A stretch of 20,308 nt of DNA from Actinomycetota bacterium (GTDB taxonomy: Bacteria > Actinomycetota > Acidimicrobiia > Spongiisociales > UBA4744). This document shows positions 8,207-14,766 of this stretch, piece after piece. A program made the translations under genes and the position numbers. The notes below the pieces were generated by a model that worked only from the letters and a program-made list of their open reading frames with translations, did no database searches and was not told the DNA's origin. Every line of letters starts with the position of its first letter. Position 1 is the stretch's first letter. The stretch is from contig JAADGS010000031.1 in NCBI GenBank assembly GCA_013152275.1, forward strand, positions 62,001 to 82,308, written 5' to 3'.

Positions 8207-8278
8207 GGGCGCTTAGCTCAGGGGGAGAGCGCTTCCCTGACGCGGAAGAGGTCAGAGGTTCAAATCCTCTAGCGCCCA
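8207..8278 (+). tRNA. tRNA-Val (GAC)
   Basis: Acceptor stem GGGCGCT/AGCGCCC, anticodon arm CTTCC-CTGACGC-GGAAG, T arm AGAGG-TTCAAAT-CCTCT, A73. Confidence 0.96.
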
Positions 8279-8281
8279 CAA

Positions 8282-8312
8282 CGGAAAACCCCTGGTAAAC
8301 AGGGGTTTTCCG
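8282..8312. terminator. Probable bidirectional intrinsic terminator after the tRNA cluster
   Basis: Perfect 13-bp inverted repeat CGGAAAACCCCTG-GTAAA-CAGGGGTTTTCCG. The GC core is flanked by A4 and T4. Confidence 0.75.
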
Positions 8313-8474
8313 CTATGGAGAATCGAAGTGGAAGAGCTCCGAGGCGCGGCCAGGGAGCGGAGAGGGCGCGGCAGCTTCGTCGAGTCGGTCGGCGACGTCC
8401 CGGTCGAGGCCTTCGAAGAGATATCCGTAGATATCCAACGTTGTGCGAATCGATGCGGGTCCGAGGCGTGTCTG
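8313..8474 (-). pseudogene. Tyrosine integrase C-terminal remnant
   Basis: Translates QTRLGPASIRTTLDIYGYLFEGLDRDVADRLDEA, which aligns by eye with SRLGHTSVKTVLDVYGHLYEGLDRGAADTL of the intact integrase at 18987-20132. The LGH His is replaced by Pro and everything upstream is missing. Confidence 0.85.
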
Positions 8475-8475
8475 A

Positions 8476-8553
8476 CCAGGCAGTTGCATGCTCGGGATCG
8501 GTGTGGTTCCGGCTGAGGGCGGGGAGTCCATCGTTCATGCGCTGCCGGCCCGA
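8476..8553 (+). pseudogene. Possible C-terminal fragment of a small actinobacterial toxin-antitoxin toxin-like gene
   Basis: MLGIGVVPAEGGESIVHALPAR (8488-8553) resembles the 'LLE(I/V)GV...(I/V)HAMPAR' ending I recall from small toxin-like proteins paired with RHH proteins. Recognition from memory only. Confidence 0.3.
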
Positions 8554-8720
8554 GACATGGAGACACGCCCTCAACGTGCGTGTCTTGCACGTTCGCGAGT
8601 CACGCACGGACGTCTTTGACAAGAAAGACGGCAATCGCCAGACGAGGGACATCAACCGGGAAGTTGGCCGGATGGCCGACGACCTGTAGACGGCCTGGTA
8701 GGACTTCCTCTCGGTGGTGC

Positions 8721-8745
8721 CAATTCAATCCAATCCAATCTGATC
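8721..8745. repeat. Short pentamer tandem repeat
   Basis: CAATT-CAATC-CAATC-CAATC-TGATC, an AT-rich patch in GC-rich DNA. Confidence 0.5.
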
Positions 8746-9024
8746 GGTCGGACCCGGAGACCGCCATGAGGCGACCTCGTCACGACCTGGATTACGGGGA
8801 TCTCTCGGGCAGGCTGGAGGGCCTCCGGGAGCGCCTCGACCGGATCCGAATGCTCCCGCAGGAGTCGATGTCACGATCCGTGGCAGCCGGATCGACCAAT
8901 GCCGTTCCTCGAAGTGCTGTTCGGTGTGGTTGGATCTGATACGCCTTATCGATCTGGAGCGGGGCGATCCGGGTGATCTGCCGACTCGTGCTACCGGTCG
9001 TCCTCGGGCGGCAACCGAGTTGCA

Positions 9025-9429
9025 TCATCCGGGGTCCAGAGTGATGTCTGCGGGAGTAGCGAGGCGATGGGATCGCTTCACGGACCATCGGGCATCGGCA
9101 ACACGGCTCGGATCTCGGGGGTGATGGTCGGGGAGAACTCGACGGTCTCTTCCACACGGAGCGATCACACCTGGGCCTTGATCCCCGACAGTCAGGATCG
9201 TTTCGCGATCACGAGCACCCTCGGCTCGTGCCGTCGCCAACGCGGGAAGCTCGGCGCACGGGCCGCCCGTGAAGTGGAAGAGATCGATGCTCCCACACAT
9301 CCGTCCCTCCCGATCCCGCGCGGCGGATCCCACGGTGTGAATGAGTCCGTCCGAGTGCGCACCAACGACGTTGTGAGCGAATTCGACAAGCTCGCGATCG
9401 GCCTCGCCCAATTCCCTCGTTCCGGACAC
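9025..9429 (-). pseudogene. Cytidine/blasticidin-S deaminase-family pseudogene
   Basis: HTVGSAARD, HFTGGPCAE and PCGRDRRVL motifs. After DHHP an extra base in the C5 run (G5 at 9117-9121 on +) shifts the frame. The shifted frame continues EIRAVLPMPDGP*SDPIASLLP with an in-frame TGA (9078-9080). Confidence 0.75.
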
Positions 9430-9711
9430 CGCCGCCCATCATGATATCCACCTCGTCGCAGCCGCCGTCTCAGATGGCAAGGGCAGATACCGCCCCTGAT
9501 CGAGGCGACAGGTTGGCTCCGATGACGCAGTTCGGCGAGTCGACCGAGGTAGACCCGACTGTGTGGCTTCCCGCATGCGGTGCGCCTTCACCGCTACAGT
9601 TCAACGGGGAATCACTTTCTCGATCCATGCAGGATCGACCTGGGCCAGGGAAGCATCGTGAGGAAACGACCCCGGAAAGCACGTACCTATCTCATCAACC
9701 GACGCCGGACC

Positions 9712-10056
9712 GGTGCCAGGGCCGTCGTTTTCGGCTTCGGAGCCGGGCGGATCATCGACCGGACAGGCTCGGCCATCGTCGGTTTCGTCCTCGCGGGCTT
9801 CGGGCTCGCCGGTGCCGTCCGTGTCTTGCTCACTGCCGCAGCCTCCGCCGGACCGACACCAACCGAGGGGATCGGCACCGCAGCGACCGTCGGTTACCTG
9901 GGTCTCCTCGTGGGTCCTCCGATGATCGAAGAGTCGGCGAAGTTCATCGGCCCTACCGGCGACCTGATCTTGGCGGTTGCGCTCATCGCGTTCCTTGCGG
10001 TCAAAGCCCGGGTTGCCGCACCTGGGAACACACCAGAGAGCGCAGCCGCCCCGTGA
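9712..10056 (+). pseudogene. MFS transporter, C-terminal remnant
   Basis: Hydrophobic segments AIVGFVLAGFGLAGAVRVLLTAA, GIGTAATVGYLGLLVGPPMI and LILAVALIAFLA resemble the last MFS helices. There is no N-terminal half. The stop overlaps the HAD start (GTGA). The left boundary is approximate. Confidence 0.6.
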
Positions 10057-10679
10057 CGGCCTCCCACGTCACCGCAATCATCTTCGACCTCGGTGGAGTG
10101 CTGATCGACTGGAGTCCTGAATACCTCTACCGAGAGCTCATCCCCGACGCCGATGAGCGGTGCCACTTCCTCACAAAGATCTGCACGCCGGAGTGGAACC
10201 ACCAGATGGACGCAGGTAGATCGGTCCCCAACGCGGTCGCGACACTCGCCGATCACCACCCGGAACATGGCGAACTCATCAAGGCATGGTGGTCACGGTG
10301 GCCCGAGATGCTCGGCGGCGAGATCCCTGGCACCCGAACGGTCGCCGAAGCGCTCATGAGAGCCGGAATGCCCCTCTACGCACTCACCAACTGGTCGGCC
10401 CAGACCTGGCCGTTCGCAATCCAACGATTCCCCTGGATCGAAGGGCTCTTCGACGGCGTTGTCGTCTCCGGCCGAGAACACGTTGCAAAACCAGACCCGC
10501 GGATCTTCGAGATCCTCCACCGGCGCTACGACCTCGAGCCGACCAGAACCCTGTTCATCGACGACTCTCCGGCCAACATCCAGACAGCCGCGAACAGCGG
10601 ATACGTCACCCACACCTTTACCACCGTCAGCCGTCTCGAGACCTGGCTGCACGAACACGGACACCTCGACCGCTCATGA
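10053..10679 (+). CDS. HAD-superfamily hydrolase (phosphatase/dehalogenase-like)
   Basis: Motif I IIFDLGGVLIDW, motif II YALTNW, motif III AKPDPRIF, motif IV FIDDSPANI. Start is GTG 10053; the ORF-track extension to 9441 does not look protein-like. Confidence 0.9.
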   Translation: MTASHVTAIIFDLGGVLIDWSPEYLYRELIPDADERCHFLTKICTPEWNHQMDAGRSVPNAVATLADHHPEHGELIKAWWSRWPEMLGGEIPGTRTVAEALMRAGMPLYALTNWSAQTWPFAIQRFPWIEGLFDGVVVSGREHVAKPDPRIFEILHRRYDLEPTRTLFIDDSPANIQTAANSGYVTHTFTTVSRLETWLHEHGHLDRS

Positions 10680-10849
10680 CGGAAACACAATGAGGGCCTG
10701 GTCTTCCCCGACGCAAAAGAGGTCTGAGATCCACATCATCCGACGCCCACCGGGGAAGTCTCCTTGTCGAGCAAAGGGACATCGCTTCTCTGGGACGAAG
10801 CTCGGTGATCGCCGGCCGAGAAACCTTCTGTACGGGTTCCTGCCTCCCA

Positions 10850-10866
10850 CCGCGAAGACTTCGCGG
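10850..10866. repeat. Perfect 17-bp palindrome upstream of the GT4-GH5 operon
   Basis: CCGCGAAG-A-CTTCGCGG. Confidence 0.6.
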
Positions 10867-10931
10867 GGAAAGCACCCTGGCCTTTGGCCGGACTGTGGCG
10901 AACGGTGGAGCGCCGGGGCTACTCTCGCCGT

Positions 10932-12011
10932 GTGATGTCGTCTCCGGTCCTCGCGTCCAAGCGGCTTCGCGTGGCGGTACTTGCCCCGATTTCGTGGCGG
11001 GTGCCTCCGCGCCACTATGGGCCATGGGAGCAGTTCGCCTCCCTGCTCACCGAGGGGCTCGTCGGCCGGGGAGTCGACGTTACCCTGTTTGCCACGGCCG
11101 ATTCGGTGACCGGGGCGCGCCTGGTGGGGACCGCTCCGACCGGATACTCCGAGGATACAGGGCTGGACCCGAAGGTCTGGGAGGGGCTGCACATCTCGGC
11201 GGTGTTCGAGCGGGCCGAAGAGTTCGATGTGATCCACAACAGTTTCGATTTCTTGCCGCTCACCTACAGCGGTCTGGTCGACACCCCGGTCGTCACCACC
11301 ATTCATGGGTTTTCGTCAGAGCGGATCGTGCCTGTCTACGAGAAGTACAACGATCGCGACTACTACGTGGCGATCAGCGACGCCGACCGGCATGAGAAAC
11401 TGGACTACGTAGCCACGATCTACCACGGCATCGACATGAGTGCGTTTCCAGTGGGTTCGGGGCCGGGGGACTACCTGTTGTTCTTCGGGAGAATTCATCC
11501 CGACAAGGGGACCGCCGAGGCCATCGAGGTGGCCGAACGGGCCGGGTTGCCTCTGGTTATTGCCGGGATCATCCAGGATCAGGATTACTTCGATCGGTTC
11601 GTGAAACCACATGTGGATGGAGTTCGAGTCACCTATGTCGGCCCTGTGGGTCCCGAAACGCGCGGGAAACTGCTGGGCGGTGCCCGGGCGCTTCTGCACC
11701 TCATCGACTTCGACGAGCCGTTCGGGTTCAGTGTCGTCGAGGCGATGGCCTGCGGGACGCCGGTGATCGCCCACCCTCGAGGGTCGATGCCCGAACTCAT
11801 CCGCGAGGGCGAAAACGGCTTCCTGGTGGGTTCCGTCGACAAGGCCGTTGCAGCCGTGGATGCCTCGGGCGGCATGGACCGGATGGCGGTGCGTTCGTCG
11901 GTGGAACATCGATTCGACGTGAACCGGATGATCGACGAGTACCTGGCCGTCTATCGGCTCGTCGTGGAACGTCACCGGGCGGGAGGGACCAAAGGAAACG
12001 ATGTCCACTGA
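10932..12011 (+). CDS. Glycosyltransferase family 4 protein
   Basis: VPPRHYGPWE, VTLFATADS, TTIHG, YLLFFGRIHPDKG and the GT4 signature DEPFGFSVVEAMACGTPV. Likely leaderless start: TACTCT (10920-10925), 6 nt, GTG 10932 (alternative ATG 10935). Confidence 0.92.
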   Translation: MMSSPVLASKRLRVAVLAPISWRVPPRHYGPWEQFASLLTEGLVGRGVDVTLFATADSVTGARLVGTAPTGYSEDTGLDPKVWEGLHISAVFERAEEFDVIHNSFDFLPLTYSGLVDTPVVTTIHGFSSERIVPVYEKYNDRDYYVAISDADRHEKLDYVATIYHGIDMSAFPVGSGPGDYLLFFGRIHPDKGTAEAIEVAERAGLPLVIAGIIQDQDYFDRFVKPHVDGVRVTYVGPVGPETRGKLLGGARALLHLIDFDEPFGFSVVEAMACGTPVIAHPRGSMPELIREGENGFLVGSVDKAVAAVDASGGMDRMAVRSSVEHRFDVNRMIDEYLAVYRLVVERHRAGGTKGNDVH

Positions 12012-13224
12012 CCCAGAACCGTCGGATCGTAGGGAACGTTTTCGGCTGGGCATCAACTACTGGCCGGCTCGCACCGCGATGGGCTGGTGGACAGACTTCG
12101 ACGCCGCGGAAGTCGGCACCGACTTCACACGGATCGCCGATGCCGGCTTCGACTCGGTACGGGTGTTCCTGACCTGGGAGGATTTCCAGCCGACCCCGAT
12201 GAGGGTGGACATCGGCATGCTCGATCGGCTGGTCTTGGTGGCAGACCTGGCCGGGCGGGAAGGCCTGGCCATCATGCCGACGCTCTTCACCGGTCACATG
12301 AGTGGAGTGAACTGGATCCCGGCGTGGGCGCTTGCGGGGTCTACCGGGAGCGGCCGTTTTCGGGTGGTGTCCGGGGGAGGGCTCACCGGAGCCGGCTTGC
12401 GCAACTGGTACACGGATCCAGAGATCGGTGAGGCACAGGCGCTGTTGGCGGGAGAGGCGGCGGCTGCACTGGCCGGCCACGATGCCGTGTGCGCGTGGGA
12501 CCTTGGTAACGAGAACTCGAACTGTGTGCTGCCACCGAGCCGGTCGTCTGCCCGGAACTGGCTGCGGCGAATGATCGCGGCGATCCGCGCGGCCGACCCG
12601 GCGGCTCTTGTCACCATCGGGCTGCACATGGAGGACCTGGAAGAGGATCGTATGCTCGGTCCGGAGGAAGCCGCTGACGTGTGCGATTTCCTGACCATGC
12701 ACGGCTATCCCATCTACGCTCGCTGGGCGGAGGGTCCTACGGATGAGCACGTGTTGTCCTTCCTGGCCCATCTGACCCGCTGGCTGGGAAGAGGCAATGA
12801 CGTGCTCTTCTCGGAGTTTGGTCTGCCAACCTACCGTCGGGGCGATCCGGATGGGGAGCGAGCCCGACGTGACAGCCCCTGTGCGCTCGTCGAGGAGCAG
12901 GCCGCGGCCGCTTTCACGGAGCGGGCCCTGTCCGCTCTTCGCGAAGCCGGCTGCACCGGTGCCATGTTGTGGTGCTACACGGACTACGCCCCGGACACTT
13001 GGGCCAATCCACCTCTCGACGTTGCGGTGCACGAGCGTTGGTTCGGACTGTGGCGCGCCGACGGGTCACCCAAGCCGGCCGTGGAGGTGGTGAAGGCGTT
13101 CGCCGGCGTCGACACCGTTGCCGCTCCTGACGACTACGAGTGGATCGATATCGAACCGAAGGAGTTCCTCGCTCTCCCTCGTATGCACCTTCCGCGTCTG
13201 TACCGTCGCTATCGAAGGACTTGA
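12001..13224 (+). CDS. Clan GH-A glycoside hydrolase (GH5-like, beta-mannanase/mannosidase-like), cytoplasmic
   Basis: LGINYWP, DSVRVFLTWEDFQP, acid/base WDLGNE, MHGYP, nucleophile FSEFG, GAMLWCYTD. AAAGGA RBS, overlaps the GT4 end, no signal peptide. Confidence 0.85.
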   Translation: MSTDPEPSDRRERFRLGINYWPARTAMGWWTDFDAAEVGTDFTRIADAGFDSVRVFLTWEDFQPTPMRVDIGMLDRLVLVADLAGREGLAIMPTLFTGHMSGVNWIPAWALAGSTGSGRFRVVSGGGLTGAGLRNWYTDPEIGEAQALLAGEAAAALAGHDAVCAWDLGNENSNCVLPPSRSSARNWLRRMIAAIRAADPAALVTIGLHMEDLEEDRMLGPEEAADVCDFLTMHGYPIYARWAEGPTDEHVLSFLAHLTRWLGRGNDVLFSEFGLPTYRRGDPDGERARRDSPCALVEEQAAAAFTERALSALREAGCTGAMLWCYTDYAPDTWANPPLDVAVHERWFGLWRADGSPKPAVEVVKAFAGVDTVAAPDDYEWIDIEPKEFLALPRMHLPRLYRRYRRT

Positions 13225-13228
13225 GCGA

Positions 13229-14701
13229 CTACTTCTCCGTGAGCCGTGTGAGGAGATCGTCGAGCGACACCGTGATAATGCCGGCTCCGACGTCCGAGAA
13301 ACCGTAGGGAAGCACGAGGTCGTTGCCGTGGATTATGCCTCCACACGAGTACACGACGTTGGGAACGTACCCGTCGCGTTCATTCTCGTTTGGTTCCAAC
13401 AGCGGCTCGTCCAGGTGACCGATGACCCGGTAGGGATCGAGGGCATCGAGCAGGATGGCTCCCATGGTGTACCGGCGGAGTGGCCCCACACCATGGGTGA
13501 GTACCAACCATCCGGCCTCGGTCTCCAGCGGCGAACCGCAGTTGCCGAGTTGCATGAGTTCCCACGGTCGCTCGGGTTCCTGGATCTTCTCGGTCTCGAA
13601 CCAGAACCGCACACTGTCCGACATCATGAGATAGTTGTTCTCGTTGTCGTGCCGGGCGAGAGCCGCGTAGCGGCCGTCGATCATCCGGGGGAAGAGCGCA
13701 ATGCCCTTGTTCTGGGCGCAGGGTCCGTTGAGGGTGGCGATCCGAAACGTGACAAAATCCGTTGTCTCGATGAGCTGTGGCAGGATCTGGAAGCCGTTGA
13801 ACGCCGTGTAGGTTCCGTAGTAGAGCACCGAGCCGTCGACGTTCGTGAACCGCACGAAACGGGCGTCTTCCATGCCGTGGCTCTCGGTCGGTCCGGTGGG
13901 AAAGAGCACTCGTTCCGAGATCTGCGACTCTTTCGGGAAGGTGGTCTCGTAGTTCGAAGCGGCCAGCCAATGGATCGTCTGTGTCGTCAGTGCCGAGATC
14001 GACTGGCGGATTCCCTGCCGGCTGAGATTCCGAATGGAGGCCTCGAGCTCTTCGAGCGTGAACTGTGGGGGGAGTGGGTCGAGGACGCGGCTTGCGATCT
14101 CGTTGAAAGTGCCCATCTCCTCGAGCTTTGTGCGGAAGATCTGGCTGTCGTAGATCGGGGCGCTGCGGTGTCCGGTGGCCGTATAGCGGGTGGGCTCATC
14201 GACGGTGATGTTTGCCTGCGAGTCGATCACGCCCGAGCGGAACTCGATGGAAGAGATATGACCCTCTCCGACCGCCCGCAAACTCATCACGAAACGCTGT
14301 TCTCCGGGCTCGAGGCCGGATTGGTCGGGTGCCGAGACGAGTGATGGGTTGTCGAGGCCTGCCGCTTCGATCGAGTACTCGTGAGTGAAATAGGCGCCGA
14401 TGAGGTGCCGGCGGTCCTGGGAGAGTTGGTCCGGGTCGTCGATGTGGTGGGCGACGATCTCGAAGTTCTGTTCGAGGGTGGCGGTCAGGTCCCTGTGCCG
14501 GTGCTCGAACTGGTCTCGTGTGACCCTGAGAGTCGACACAACCTCGGCTTCCGGCATGGCCAGGATCCGCTCGATGACGAGCGCGGCCCGTGATTGCCCG
14601 TCCGGAAAGATGCGCTCGCCCGGTATGAATGGCTTGCTGATCACACGACTCGGATCGGGCGTGAAGCGCACCGCGGTTCGCGTGACGGGGATTGGGTTCA
14701 T
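13229..14701 (-). CDS. Glycoside hydrolase family 130 protein (mannoside phosphorylase/hydrolase family), long form
   Basis: HEYSIEAAGLDNPS, SLRAVGEGHISSIEF, GMEDARFV, YYGTYTAFNG, NKGIALFP, QLGNCGSP, LTHGVG, ERDGYVPNVVYSCG. Confidence 0.88.
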   Translation of the reverse strand: MNPIPVTRTAVRFTPDPSRVISKPFIPGERIFPDGQSRAALVIERILAMPEAEVVSTLRVTRDQFEHRHRDLTATLEQNFEIVAHHIDDPDQLSQDRRHLIGAYFTHEYSIEAAGLDNPSLVSAPDQSGLEPGEQRFVMSLRAVGEGHISSIEFRSGVIDSQANITVDEPTRYTATGHRSAPIYDSQIFRTKLEEMGTFNEIASRVLDPLPPQFTLEELEASIRNLSRQGIRQSISALTTQTIHWLAASNYETTFPKESQISERVLFPTGPTESHGMEDARFVRFTNVDGSVLYYGTYTAFNGFQILPQLIETTDFVTFRIATLNGPCAQNKGIALFPRMIDGRYAALARHDNENNYLMMSDSVRFWFETEKIQEPERPWELMQLGNCGSPLETEAGWLVLTHGVGPLRRYTMGAILLDALDPYRVIGHLDEPLLEPNENERDGYVPNVVYSCGGIIHGNDLVLPYGFSDVGAGIITVSLDDLLTRLTEK

Positions 14702-14766
14702 GTAGTGGATTGCATGCTTCTGACGGTCCGCGTCATATGTTGAGCCTTGGAACGCGAAACCAGAGC

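Noticed and set aside
9441..10052. 412-aa ORF as a HAD protein with a long N-terminal domain
   Set aside because: The extension is Arg/Pro-rich shadow sequence over the MFS remnant in another frame. HAD motif I starts right after GTG 10053.
10795..10845. Group II intron domain V-like stretch
   Set aside because: It lacks the correct stem length and bulge geometry, and there is no reverse transcriptase or domain VI.
11797..14344. Long antisense ORFs 11797-13032 (-) and 13118-14344 (+)
   Set aside because: They mirror the GH5 and GH130 genes, have no recognisable motifs, and are expected in GC-rich DNA.
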